A DNA stretch of 38,579 bases, taken from a virus (lineage: Duplodnaviria > Caudoviricetes). Under the pieces are notes generated by a model. That model searched no databases. It saw only the letters and a list, made by a program, of their open reading frames with translations, and was not told the DNA's origin. Where the stretch lies: the IMG/VR virus record IMGVR_UViG_3300033512_000249, positions 1 through 38,579 of that record; one strand, 5' to 3'. Shown here piece after piece: positions 1 through 12,478 of the stretch; positions within the stretch are counted from its first letter, which is position 1, and each line of letters begins with the position of its first letter. The position numbers and the translations under genes were made by a program.

Positions 1-141
1 ATAAAGAAGACAAACAACTATATGTTCTCGTTTGATACTACGGGAAATGACATACCAGACACGACATTAGTCTACAACGCACTAACCAAATGATGGACTC
101 AGTATACATACCCTAATATATACGACTATGGTGTATATATC
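1..141. repeat. Terminal direct repeat identical to 38439-38579 (circular assembly overlap)
   Basis: Exact 141-nt identity; a gene reads in frame across the junction. Confidence 0.97.
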
Positions 142-648
142 ACAAGTGCATGAGTGTGGAAGTATATAGCAACAAGTGCTGTATCTGATCAGTGTTACGA
201 AATAGAGTCATGATTCGATGATTTCGGCGAGCCTATAGTACATGAGCTGCAGACAAAGGCGTTTGATTTCGGTGAGCCTTGAAGTTATAAGACGTATGAT
301 TATGTAGATATTATCTGAAGGAAAAGCAAATGATCAATGATAGAGTGAAAGGTTATCTGTAATTGAGATATCGTTGGTGGTTGAATGATAACAGATTTCT
401 GTATAACTACGTCTCAGCCTTCCGAATCTCTTTGAAACAGAGTTATATGAGTTGACACTCTGACATGATCGCAAATTACGGAAGATATACTATTCTATGA
501 CTATGTAGCTAGATTCCCCTTATATGTAACTTGACCAGATATATCTATAAATCTTTCAAGCACTTGATGAAGCCGGACATTGGAGAAACTAAGAATATGA
601 GTAAATGGTGAGCCTATAGATGTCTTTTGATACAATAACATTGTTTAG
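1..648 (+). CDS. C-terminal part of tail nozzle / stabilisation protein (begins at 37527, wraps the origin)
   Basis: Frame 1 is open to TAG at 646-648 with TGA=Gly; in frame with ATG 37527; contains TKAFDFGEPGSYK, typical of P22 gp10-like proteins. Confidence 0.8.
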
Positions 649-663
649 ATTGTAAAAGTATAA

Positions 664-2397
664 ATGAGTGACTTAATGATTCTACCTATGCAAGATGATT
701 TCGAGACTACACTAAGCCAGTCTTGGAACTGATCCGCGACAACATTGAATGTTAATACTATCCCAACAGCTACGCTCCCCGCTAGTCAGTACACTTATGT
801 TGTAGTAGACCCTGGGAAAAGCAATATGCAAGTAAGGAAGGTCACGGCTTGGACAGGCACTACAATTACAGTGACTACTGACACAATAGAGAAGTGAGCT
901 GGGTTAAATTATTCAGTGGCATCACATTCCGCTTGAGCCGTAGTAAGATTTTCAAATAACTTCCAATTTTGGAAAGACATACAAACAGCAATAAATAGCA
1001 AAGCAGATGGTACTGATCTTTGAGACTTCATGTTTGCAGCTGATGACATCACAGCGACTGGATCTACAATATCTATAGCACAAACATGAAGCAACTGGAA
1101 GATATGGAAAGACTCAAACGATATGAAGTTTAGAGATGATAATACTCCAGCAACCACATTGACACAACTTGCTTCTTGAGTAGGAGCAGATCAGAAAGTT
1201 GCAGTAAGTGCAACAGATACGACAACATGAGTATTAAATGTTAAGTTGACGGCAGGTGATGGGTTGAAGAAAACCATCATAAACCCAGCAGGCGACGAAT
1301 CACTTGATTTAGATATTGATTTGACAGACACCACAACATTTATAACATTAACAGCATGAGTAGGCGACGCTTGAAAAGTTCCCGTTACAGATGCAACATG
1401 AAAATTAGATCCTAGTTTTTATGATATATGAGATATCGCAAAGTTCTGAGGGACAGGAGCGGATGGAGCGTTAAATATAGCAGCGGGAACAACAACGCTA
1501 ACACTGGCTAACGACACACTAGAGAAGAATTATAGTTCAATAAATATATCATGAACGGCATTGTTAGAAATAACAGGAGTATCATGAGCAGGCGGGGCAA
1601 TCGCAACAATCAAGTGTAAATGAGACTTTACTATGAGTTGAGGAGCGATTAGAATGGATTGACAATGAGCTTCTGCTAATAACGACGGAACAACTACAGT
1701 AATAACAACACGATTTGATGGATGAGCAGCTTGAGCAACAGTAACTGCATGAGGATGAGGGACGGCAAAGACATTTGTCTGATCTACAGCGTGAAAAGTG
1801 ATTAGAGCATCATGTTGAGGCGGAGGATGAAACGGTTGAGCGGCAACAGGATGATCAATTGCATCACCAGGAGCAAGATGAGGAGGTATTTTAATTATAG
1901 AAGTAGGCTGAGCAATAAACTTCACAGCAGGGACTATCTCTGCAAGCTGAGCGGATGCATTAGACCTAGGAGCTAATAACCGGGATCAAAGATGATGAAA
2001 CGGTTGAGGAGGTTGAGGATGAGGATGAACGGTAGTAGTGCTTTACAACACACTAACTTCAACAGCAGGAGCTGTGGAATGTAATTGATGAGATTGAGGA
2101 AACGGAGAATCATACGGTTGAGCCACACTATCAGCACACAAGAACGGATGAGGTTGAGGATGAGCCGGAGCAGGTTATACAGGCGGATGAGCAGGATGAG
2201 CTGGATGAACAGCACCTTGAGTATGAGTGGATGGAGCGAACTGAACAGCTTGAACTGATTGATCATATTGAGCACCAGGGGATGCGTGAGCATGATGAAC
2301 ATGAATACAATCGACATACGATGCGTGAGCAGGTTGATGATGAGGCGGAGGAGGAGAAGGCTTCTACTACGTACAGAAGAACACAGATTTCTTTTAA
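664..2397 (+). CDS. Tail fibre-like virion protein with glycine-rich C-terminal domain (577 aa)
   Basis: ATG..TAA; runs such as GGT TGA GGA GGT TGA GGA TGA GGA TGA give poly-Gly under TGA=Gly; follows the nozzle gene. Confidence 0.8.
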
Positions 2398-2413
2398 ATA
2401 AATACGATACAGA

Positions 2414-4408
2414 ATGGCTTTCAAAAAGAGTACACCTATTATAAAGACTTTTTGATCTCGTGGGGTCGTTTCTGACCCTACGATTACTAACAAGAAACTA
2501 CAAGAGATTACTAGTCCGAGTGCAAATAGTACGATGGGTAAAATAAAACAGCAGAATGTACAGAATGCTGGTATTTTATGAGCAATTAAAAATGTTGCAA
2601 GTTCGTTTGTGCCAAAGCTTACACCTACTACAAGCAGTGTGACACCTCCACAAACAACAGGAGTCCAACAAACATATTGATCACAGGCTATGCAACAGAA
2701 TATTGCAAGTCCTTGATACATAGATAATAGGAACACTGCTGACGTCGCTAAGCTTAAAGGGATGTGAGCGCAAACCATACAAGATGTTTCTGGCTACCTT
2801 CAGCAACAGCAATGATTCTCACAAGCTAGTCCAGAAGACCAGCAGAATACAATAAATAATGTATACAATATGCTTAGGAAAGACCCCACAGTCGCCACTC
2901 CTGAGACTCCTATATTCGATAAAACAGTTGATACGTCAACAGCATACGACCCAAACGACCCAGAGTCTTATCTGATGAAGATGCAAGCAAGGATACAGGC
3001 TAGTTGAAAGAAACCAACAGAAACAGAATACTTCAACATATTGCAAGCCAACAAAGCAATGCAGCTCAAACAGCAAGAATCGCAAGCTAACCCTTACGAG
3101 GACAGAATTAAAGCCCTAGAAGCTGAACAATTAAAACTAAGAGATATCGAGAACACAAACGACCAGAATCAATTGGCTACATATAAACAACAACTAGAAC
3201 AAGAGTACGCACAAAGATCACAACAACTACAACAGCAAGGAGCTGGACAAAAAGAATCCGCTCAGAATGTATATAGCTTCTCATGATTCTGAAGAAGCAC
3301 AAAGGCTGCGGACACAGCTGTGGCTATCCAACAGCAAACAGATCAAGCAATGAATATGCTTAATCTAGAGAAGCAAGCAGCAATAGCTAAAAAAGAAGCA
3401 GAACTTGCTGGAGCGGATTCAGAGGTATTGGCCAATATGAATAAACAAATAGAACAATATAGACAATGAGCTATAGATTACCAAACAGAAAGTCTAAAGT
3501 CTACAGCAGAAGCAAACAAAGCATGATGAGCTTCATATATGGAAAGTATAAATAACCTTATAGCTTCAGCATGAAAGTCTTGAATAGATGTATGAGATGC
3601 CACAAATATCTCTAAATACGCAGAAATGGCTAGAAATAGCGACTGAACGATAAACGAAGCGTTTATTTCTTCACTACCTGAAGATATACAAGCTATCATA
3701 AAGAGTGCGGCCCAGACTAGTATAGCATGAAACAAAGAAGCTCCTAAAATAGAGAATGTAGGGACTGCAAAGAATCCAAGATATATACAACGAGATTGAT
3801 CTAAACGAGTAAACGTAAGTTTAGGTTGAGGAGGTTGATCATATACATATTGAAAGTGAGGAGGCCTATGAGTTTCTTGAACAGCTGTCCCATGAGTTCC
3901 TTGAGTTGCGAAGAAAGATCAGCTGATTGTATCACTTCTTGATAAGTATAAATGATTCCTAAAAAACACAAACGCTTGAGAGGTTATGTTGAGCCCAATG
4001 CTAAGTGCAGAAAAATCAAACTTAGTAGCACAGATAACAGCAGAATACAAGAACGCAAAGAAGTTATGAACATTAGATAATGGTGTGCAAAAATTAGTTG
4101 ATTGATTGCTTTGAGATACACGGAAAACAACGTTTAGCCACGACGGTAAAGTTAAAGCAGTTGACTTACTATTAGAAAGCTTTTGAAGCCAACAACAACA
4201 GCTCACATGAGTACAAACAAACAAAACAGAAAACACAAACGCTTGAACTTTATGAAGTGCTATGGAATCAGCACAAGCATCACCATCGCAAACTTCTAGT
4301 TGAGGATGAATATTAAAATCTATTGTTAACATGTTCGCACCTTCTACAACAAGCACAACTAAAAAAATAGATCCTAAAATTAAATCAGCTTTAGATGAAA
4401 TACGGTAA
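2414..4408 (+). CDS. Putative internal virion / ejection protein (664 aa, Gln/Ala-rich, coiled coil)
   Basis: Continuous ORF in the recoded frame including track ORF 3041-3286; composition and position typical of podovirus ejection proteins. Confidence 0.65.
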
Positions 4409-4409
4409 T

Positions 4410-5972
4410 ATGGCGTGATTGTTTCAAATACCACAAAAGCAAGCTATAGGATGAGGAGTGCAGGGGTTCAAACCACCTGTAGCTTCTCCAGTAATGCCAA
4501 AACCACAACAGAAATCAGTTGTGAGTGAAGCTTTATCTGTTTGAGCACCACAATTGCAACAACAGCCAGCATTACAAGGGACTATAAGCAAAGCTTTGTT
4601 TCCTGTGGAACAGGTCAAGAAAGTTGCAACAGATCAAAAGGTTGAAGCCGAAAGGAATAAAATAACTGAGAATGGATTCTCTCAAAGAGAAATGGATTTT
4701 GTACAGAAAGCTAAAGCAAGTTGAATGTCTAAAGATGATGTCATGATGTACATACAAGACAAAAGAAAAGAAATGATGCCCAAAAAAACATTCTGAGAAA
4801 ACGTCAAAGATGTTTGAGAGGGTATCGCTGACTTTGCTTGATGAATACCAAAGGCAATCGCTTCTAGTTGAGTATTAGACAAAACAATGGAGAAGGTGGC
4901 ATGATCGGATGTTTGATTATTCCTCCCCGCTATGCAATGACAAGGGATCACAACGCAACAAGCTTTACAGTCATTAACAAAGGCATTAGTAGGAGAAGAA
5001 GAGCTTAAGAGATACCAACAAGAGCAATGAGGGAAGTCATTCTCTGAGTTCTCTAAGTGAAGCCAAGTATGAGGAGATCCAGAGAGCCAGCTTGCAAAGG
5101 CGACAAGCAACACTCTAAATGTTCTTGAAGCTGTTTGATGAGTCCCAGCTCTTATAAAGGCTTGATGAAAAGCAGTCGTAAAATGACAAGCAGGAAAGAA
5201 GATGTGAAAGATATTAGATGTGGTAAGAGAAACAGAGAACATAGGAGAGAAAAGAGCCGCACTTAGTGCTTGAAGGATAGCAAAAGAGCCTTGAGCTTTA
5301 AAAAAATGGTGGAGTTGAACTAAAGAAGTCGTGCAACCAAGCCAAAGATCAGTTGATGCGGCTGAACAAATAGCGAAAGACATTCCTAATATATCCAAAC
5401 AACCAGAAGTTCTTTATAAACAAGTGTCAGATAAGGTCTCTGAAATATGAAACTCTTTAGAGTGAGAACTCAAACAGATAAAAGTATGATCTTTGACAAG
5501 TAAAAACTCAGAGTTGCAGAAAAGTCTTTCAAGATTAGCTGATGAAATGTGAGATTTGTCAAAATGAAGCGCTAAAGAGATAAAGAAGCTTGCGGAATCT
5601 ATTAAAAACTCATCAACAGCAGATGATGTATGGAAGAATGCCCAGAAATTAGACGATATGATACCAGAGAGCATAAGAAAGTGAGTAAATCTATCTTGAA
5701 AAGATCAAATTATTTACAATATATGGAGACAAGCTAGAGGGTGAGTAAATGACCACCTTGACGATATAGCGACAATGATTAGAAACGTATCTGTAAAAGA
5801 TAAATTCAAGAAAATGTCTAATTATTATCACGCAATGTCACAAATAAAGAAGAAAATATGAGTACTTACCAAACCTCAGAAATGATTTAAGCAAAAGGTT
5901 AGTGAAGCGGTGAACCTTAAGAACTTAGTAATCGCAGGTGTCACTTGAAAAGTTTTATGAAGTATGGATTAA
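4410..5972 (+). CDS. Putative internal virion / ejection protein (520 aa)
   Basis: Continuous recoded ORF; Ala/Gly/Lys-rich with a hydrophobic Gly-rich C-terminus. Confidence 0.65.
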
Positions 5973-5998
5973 CATCTATTTTACTTATAAACAATATA

Positions 5999-6064
5999 AT
6001 GCTCGAACGATTATGATATTCACTTATTGCTTTTGTGATTATAGTAGCAATACAGCGAAAATAA
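5999..6064 (+). CDS. 21-aa single-TM peptide MLEWLGYSLIAFVIIVAIQWK
   Basis: Fills the gap before terL; CGA=Trp gives interfacial Trp residues at both ends of a hydrophobic helix. Confidence 0.5.
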
Positions 6065-6085
6065 CTTTTATTTTGGAACACGGCA

Positions 6086-7585
6086 ATGACCACTCCACAA
6101 AAATCGCAGATAATAAAAGAGTTATGAATTAGAGAGCTTGAGAAAAGACATGAAGACAAGAGAAATAGTCTTTATGAGTTCATTAAATTCTATTGGTACA
6201 AAGAGAAAAGGGAAAAACTAGAAGAGAGCCGACATCTTGAAGAGATATGTAAAAAGCTGGAGAGTGTTTATATGTGAGACATTAAAAGACTCATAATAAA
6301 TATACCTCCTAGATCTCTAAAGACAGAACTTGTTTCAAAAGCGTTCCCTATACGATGCTTAGGGCATGAAAGTCATCTCAAGTTTATGGAGATATCCTAT
6401 TCAGCTACTCTTGCAGAGAAGAACTCTTGAGGAGCTAGAGATATGTACAATTCGGAGACTTACAAACTTGTATTCCCAAGAAGATCTTTGGTGAAAGAAG
6501 ACCAGAACACCAAGCAGCATCGAGAGACAAAAGACGGTGGTCAATACTATGCGGCATGATCAGACGGTACTATTACATGAGTTTGATGTGATATACTTAT
6601 TATAGATGATCCATTAAAGCCAGACGATGCTAATAGTGATGTCATGAGAGTGAAAGTAAATAATAACTATCATGATACACTGTATAGTAGGCTAAACAGC
6701 AAACAAGATGGTGCTATTGTAATAATAATGCAGAGATTGCACGATGACGATCTTTGTTGACACCTTCTAGATAGTGAGGCTAAGGGGACTTGAGATAAGT
6801 GGGACAAACTAATAATCCCCGCTATTGCAGAAGAGGATGAAACACATAGGAAACAATGAGAAAGCTTCTTTGAGAAGAGATTCCCACTTGTATTCTTAGA
6901 AAAGATGAGAGACGATCCAGAAACAAGAGTTTCCTTTTCTACACAGTACCAACAGAACCCAGTGAATAAGGAATCACAGGAATTCCACGAGGAACGAATA
7001 AGATACTATACAGAACTCCCGAAGAAATGAAGAATATTCACAGCATGTGATCCAGCATTCAGTAAGAAACAAAGTGCGGATTACACAGCAATAATAACAT
7101 GAATGTTCGATTGACTTGATATGTATGTTCTTGAATACTCACACGGTAAGTTCGACCCTACGGAGTTGATAAACAAGCTAATATACCACAAACAGAAACG
7201 GAACCCTGAAAAGATATGAATAGAAGCGTTCCAAGCACAGCAAATGATATGATTCAACTTGAGAATCGAACTAGAAAGGCGTTGAATGTATGCAAATATT
7301 GAAGATATAAAGCAAACAGGCGATAAGGAAACAAAGATAAGAAAACTTATTCCCCTATACCAAAGATGACATATATTCCACAAGGTTGGTATGGCAGCAC
7401 TGGAAAACGAGATGACAAGATTCCCAAGGGGGAAACACGACGACATAATAGATGCTATGCAAATGCTATACTCTATGTATCAAATAACACCAAACACTTG
7501 ATTCCCTAAGGGAATCATAGAAATAGAGTATGATAACTTCTGAAGACCGTTTATGGTTTGAGTGGGTGAAAAGGACTGGCTTTAA
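6086..7585 (+). CDS. terL: Terminase large subunit (499 aa)
   Basis: WHLEEIC..RLIINIPPRSLKT (Walker A), ITGVGCDILIIDDPLK (Walker B), IMQRLHDDDL, YQQNP, DPA, FPRGKHDDIIDA. Confidence 0.97.
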
Positions 7586-7601
7586 ATAATAATAATAGAT
7601 C

Positions 7602-9488
7602 ATGGTTTCACAAGAACAGCAAGTAGATGCAATCAAATATATCGCTGATACGTTTGATGGTTACAAAAGTCTAATGCAAGACAGAATGGATGCTTACCTT
7701 GATATATACAAAGAGTATACAACTTTCACCATACCAAAGAAAAACAATTGGGATACTACATTCAAAGTTAATAAGATGCACGAGGTGGTAAACAAAACAC
7801 TCCCAAGAATTATGAGTAAGAATCCTAAACGATTGGTGAGCAGTAAGCCTGACATGATAACAACAGAGCTGGACAAAATAGAATCTAAGGAAGAAAAGAT
7901 TAGAAAGATCGAGGAACTAGACTTGCAAAGTAAAATAGTTCAGTCGTATCTTACTTTGGTGTTTGAGAAGTATAATCAAACAGAACCTGCAAGACTACGA
8001 GCGAAGAATATGCTTATATATTGAAGTGCGTTCGCTAAAATAGATTTTGCTTATGAAATAGCTAGAAGCACAACAGAAAGCGTAGACGAGGAATCGGAAT
8101 ATAATGAATCCGGAGAAGAGGTAGGGAAAAGAAAAGTGAAGAATAAGAAAATAGAAGAAAAGGTGTTCGGAGAGTATCCAACTATTGATCCAGTTTCTTG
8201 GGCTGATATATACTACGATCCAAGATACAAGATGTTTAGACAAATGCCTTGATTTATAGAGTTCAAGAAATGAGTAAGGATAGGACAGCTAGAACACAAT
8301 AAAGAAGAGTATATAAACCTAGACAAACTTAGAGACATCGTAAGTATACCAACGACACTGGACAGCAGGCTATACAAAGAGCAGATCTACACAATAAGCT
8401 GAATGCAGCTCCCAGAGGCAAAGACATGAGTAAATAAGAACTCACTAGAACTAAAGATATATTATTGACGATATGATTTAGATTGAGAAGAGAAGCTTTA
8501 TAAAATAACAACTGTAGACGATATACTTGTAATTTGCATGAAAGAGATTACGCAAATTCCATTCGTGCAAATAAGATGTTTCGAAGATACAGAAACAAAC
8601 TTCTGACGATGACTTTGTGAGCCTATCATGGGACTCCAACAGGAATTAAACTTCAAGAAAAACAGTGCAAGTGTATATGTTAACAACGCATTAAATAGGT
8701 CGTGGATTTACTCACCCAACAGCGGTATAAACCCGAAAGATCTAGTAAGCAAGCCGAATGGGATTATACCAACAAGCAAATCAATAGATGAAGTACAAAA
8801 GAATCTATTCGAGCTTCCACTTAGAACATTAACACCAGACTTCTTTAATGAGCAGAACGATTTTGAAAGGCAAATACAAGCAATGACTTTCACTGTCGAT
8901 ACAAGTAACCCCAGAACACAAAACAGTCTTACAAACACAGCAACATGAGCAAGAATTAAATTTTTTGAAAGCAACACAGTGATTGATGAGATCAGAAAGC
9001 ACTTCGAAGATGGGCTTACAACACTTTGATACAAGTTACTAGAGGCTACGTTCGAGAATATGGAAGACAACATTATAATTAAAGAAGAATCCACCTGAAA
9101 GACTCGGGAAGTTAACAAAGAATTGATAAAAGATGCGATTATGAAGTACGAAATAAAAATAGAGACTGGATCAAGCGTCTTGGATAACCCAGAAGACAGG
9201 AGAGACGATGCGATTGCTAAGTTCAACATGGCAGTACAAGCTATCGGGGCATGAGTGCCTGTAGACATGACGGAAGCGTTTAAGAACGTCCTTGAGCAGT
9301 TCGAAGTTAAGGATGTGAATAGGTTTATAAAAGATCCGAAACTAGAACAAATGATGGGAATGTGAGGATGAATGTGACAACCATGAATGCAATGATGAGG
9401 GATGTTACAGCCGCCACAACAGCAACCTTCTACTGCTGAGTGAATAGTTTGAGCAGTCGCACAAGGAGACCTAACTACAGCTAGTTAA
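7602..9488 (+). CDS. Portal protein (628 aa)
   Basis: Follows terL; LIYGSAFAK, TATGA motifs and a Gln/Gly/Met-rich tail as in P22-type portals; joins track ORFs 7602 and 8628. Confidence 0.88.
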
Positions 9489-9538
9489 TAACATAGGCAT
9501 CCGCAAGGAGTAAGACCGATTTATTTATTATTCTTGTG

Positions 9539-9847
9539 ATGGTGAACATTTTGGACATTATTTCTGAACAAAAATCTAAGGCAAAGTATTACAAAAGTAA
9601 GGACGATGCTTGGGATCACTTTGTAAAACAGAAAGACTCTATTGAAGCGATAAGTGGTACTCAAGGCTTCAAAGAGATCAAGGAGTACCGATCAAGAGAG
9701 GCAGTTGCTTGTCAAGAAAGACTCCAAACAGTAAGGTCGGAAGACATTAAGTGAGTACAGGCTGAGCTTAGGACTTCAATGAAGTTCTTAGACTTCCTAG
9801 AGAACTTAAAGAATTCTGACACATCCTCTTTTACAGAGGAACTTTAA
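9539..9847 (+). CDS. Small head-module protein following the portal (102 aa)
   Basis: Track ORF 9536 extended through TGA to TAA; usual position between portal and scaffold. Confidence 0.7.
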
Positions 9848-9862
9848 TTTATTATTTTATAC

Positions 9863-10459
9863 ATGGATTCTATTGAAACAACCCAAGAAGGGACTTCACA
9901 GGCATGAAGCCAAGAACAACCACAGTTTATTGAAATCGACTGAGAACAGATTTCTATTGAAGATGTCAAAAAATGATTTCTTCGCCAAAGTGACTACACC
10001 AAGAAAACACAAGAATTAGCTAAACAAAGGGAAGAAATCGAAAGGATGAGACAATGACAACAAGCACCAGAACAACAAGAAGACGAAAAGGTTGTTGATG
10101 AGTATTTGAAGTCTAAAGGTTACTTGACTAAAAGCGACTTTGAAAAAGAAAAAGAAGCATTAAAGCAAGAATCTTATTTTGACAAGTTCTTTGATGCAAA
10201 CCCAGACCTTTCAAAGCATGAAGAGGCTATCAGAGCAATAGCTAAGGTAGACAATTCAGCACTGGAAGATATAGTTGTGAAATACAACTTCTCTACTTCT
10301 GATAAACTACAAAAGGCAAAGTCTTCAAGATCGTTGGTTTGAGATATCAAAAAGGATGAATCTAACCCTAAGACAATAAAGACAATGACTGCTGCGGAAT
10401 ATGCGAAGTGGAAATCAGAACAGTGACTTTCTAGTAAGAAATGAATGTTCTCAGACTAA
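9863..10459 (+). CDS. Capsid scaffolding protein (198 aa)
   Basis: IDGEQISIEDVKKGFLRQSDYTKKTQELA scaffold motif; acidic; precedes the capsid gene. Confidence 0.88.
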
Positions 10460-10486
10460 ACTTTTAATTTATTATTCTTATAAACA

Positions 10487-11698
10487 ATGGCAAATTCATT
10501 ATCAGCATCATTCGAAGAGATTCGAGCAAAAGAAATGCAAGAAGTATTCTACAAAAGAAACATCGCTTACAAAATTGCGGATATTTCTTTCAAGGGGACT
10601 ATGAAACAAGGAGACACTTTGAATAGACCTTATAGATCTACTCTCACAGCACAAAGCTACACACCTGGAACGGCTATCACTATTGATGACCTTACAGATA
10701 CTAACGAACAACTTACAATCGACAAGAAATTCGCAACTGGTTTCTATGTAGACGAATTTGATAGCATTCAATCAGCTTATGACACTGCTATGAAATACGG
10801 TAAAGATGCTGGTGAACTTCTTTCAAACATGATCGACGCATACACACTTGGTGAAGCAGTTAATGCTTACTCTTATGTAGATGCTGGAAACGTTGGTGGA
10901 ACAGCTGGAGAAGGTATTGCTCTTACAACAAGCAATGTTCTTCCTATGCTTTCTGCAGTTAAACAGAAACTCAAGAAACTCAACATTTCTTCAAATGACA
11001 TCTTCGGAGCTATTTCCCCAGAAGTTGAAAACATCATTACTCAATATGTAGAAGCAAGAGATACAGCAATGGGAGACAAAATTGGAGAAAATGGATTTAT
11101 CGGTATGTACTATGGAATTAAATTCTATGTATCAAACCAATTGGCATCTTCTGCAGTATTATCACTTGTAACACAACCAACAGCTAACGACACAATCACA
11201 ATCCAAGGGCAAGTATTCACATTTGTTTCTTCTATCGGAACAACTGCAGGAAATGTATTGATCGGGTCTGATGTTGACACTACAAGAGCTAGCCTCGCTA
11301 CTCTTATCAACGCACCAGCAACTTCAACTTCTACAGGACGTGCACTCACAGGAGCAGCTTTAAGATTGTTCCAAAATCAAGTTACAGCAGCAAATGACAA
11401 CTCAGCAAACACTTTGACAGTTACTGCTAAAGGAGTAGGTGTCCTTGATGTATCTGAAGTTTTGACTGATGGTACTGACACATGGACTGCAACAACACAA
11501 CTTCAAAGAAATCTTTTCGGTATTGTGGGAAATCCTGTACTCGTAGTACAAAGAGAACCTTCAATTGCTGTTAGACCAGTACAAGACAAACTTGGAAACA
11601 ACTATTTGAATGGAGTATTGTTCGGTGTTAAATCATTCATCGACAATTCTAAACAAATGGTAGATGCAAGAGTTAGATGTGATACTTACAACGCATAA
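10487..11698 (+). CDS. Major capsid protein, P22 coat-like (403 aa)
   Basis: EIWAKE (CGA=W), GDTLNRP, LTIDK, GMYYGIKFYVSNQL, LFGVK motifs; position after scaffold. Confidence 0.93.
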   Translation: MANSLSASFEEIRAKEMQEVFYKRNIAYKIADISFKGTMKQGDTLNRPYRSTLTAQSYTPGTAITIDDLTDTNEQLTIDKKFATGFYVDEFDSIQSAYDTAMKYGKDAGELLSNMIDAYTLGEAVNAYSYVDAGNVGGTAGEGIALTTSNVLPMLSAVKQKLKKLNISSNDIFGAISPEVENIITQYVEARDTAMGDKIGENGFIGMYYGIKFYVSNQLASSAVLSLVTQPTANDTITIQGQVFTFVSSIGTTAGNVLIGSDVDTTRASLATLINAPATSTSTGRALTGAALRLFQNQVTAANDNSANTLTVTAKGVGVLDVSEVLTDGTDTWTATTQLQRNLFGIVGNPVLVVQREPSIAVRPVQDKLGNNYLNGVLFGVKSFIDNSKQMVDARVRCDTYNA

Positions 11699-11831
11699 TA
11701 GAAAAAACTTATAGGTAAGCGAGGACATGAGCAAACGATATTATTATTAAGAACCCTACAAAAGCATAGTTTCTATAGGATGTTCTGGCTTGCTAGAGCA
11801 TCTGGATAGATTTTATATCTTATTTGTAAAT

Positions 11832-12140
11832 ATGATCAGATACATCGACAAAAACGGTAATGTCCAGTTCTTCAATGGGAATGACCGAATGTCAAAACTA
11901 GAAAAGATTGATAATGACTACTTCGAGAAAAAAGAAGTAAAGAAGGAAGAAAAGAAGGTAGCGACAAAAAGCACCCCTGTAGAAGTAGAGGATATTCCTT
12001 CTGTAAAAGAAGAAACAATAGAAAGGGATTTAGAATTAGAAATGAAAGAGTTTCTAAAGGAGAAAAAAGTTAGAGGTTATGCACTCTTGAGAGGAGAAAG
12101 CCTAAAAACAAAAGCAGTAGAAAACGGTTTTACTTGTTAA
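11832..12140 (+). CDS. Hypothetical protein with charged linker and small C-terminal helical (HeH/Rho-N-like) domain
   Basis: Track ORF; ATG 11832 preferred as start; follows the capsid gene. Confidence 0.65.
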   Translation: MIRYIDKNGNVQFFNGNDRMSKLEKIDNDYFEKKEVKKEEKKVATKSTPVEVEDIPSVKEETIERDLELEMKEFLKEKKVRGYALLRGESLKTKAVENGFTC

Positions 12141-12149
12141 TATATAAAT

Positions 12150-12455
12150 ATGAGAGATCCAAAATTTAACAACACTGTTTATGATGCTGTAAGCACTACG
12201 GTAGCAACAGGTCAAACAAACAGAGATATGAAAGCTAACAACGCTACATTGTTTAGCAACATATCACAAGCAAACAAATGCGTTATTAGTACAGACCAAG
12301 CTATTACGTTGAGATTCAATACAACAAGCATGCCAGCCATAGTTATGGCAGCGACTGAGAGCCCAAAGGTTATAGATTCTCTTAATATCAAAAACATTTA
12401 TGTAACTAATGCTAGTTGATCAACTGCAAACATGAAAATAGAACTATATAGTTAA
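12150..12455 (+). CDS. Putative virion structural protein (101 aa, beta-rich)
   Basis: Track ORF extended through TGA to TAA. Confidence 0.65.
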
Positions 12456-12478
12456 TTTACTTTCCAATTATATGATAT

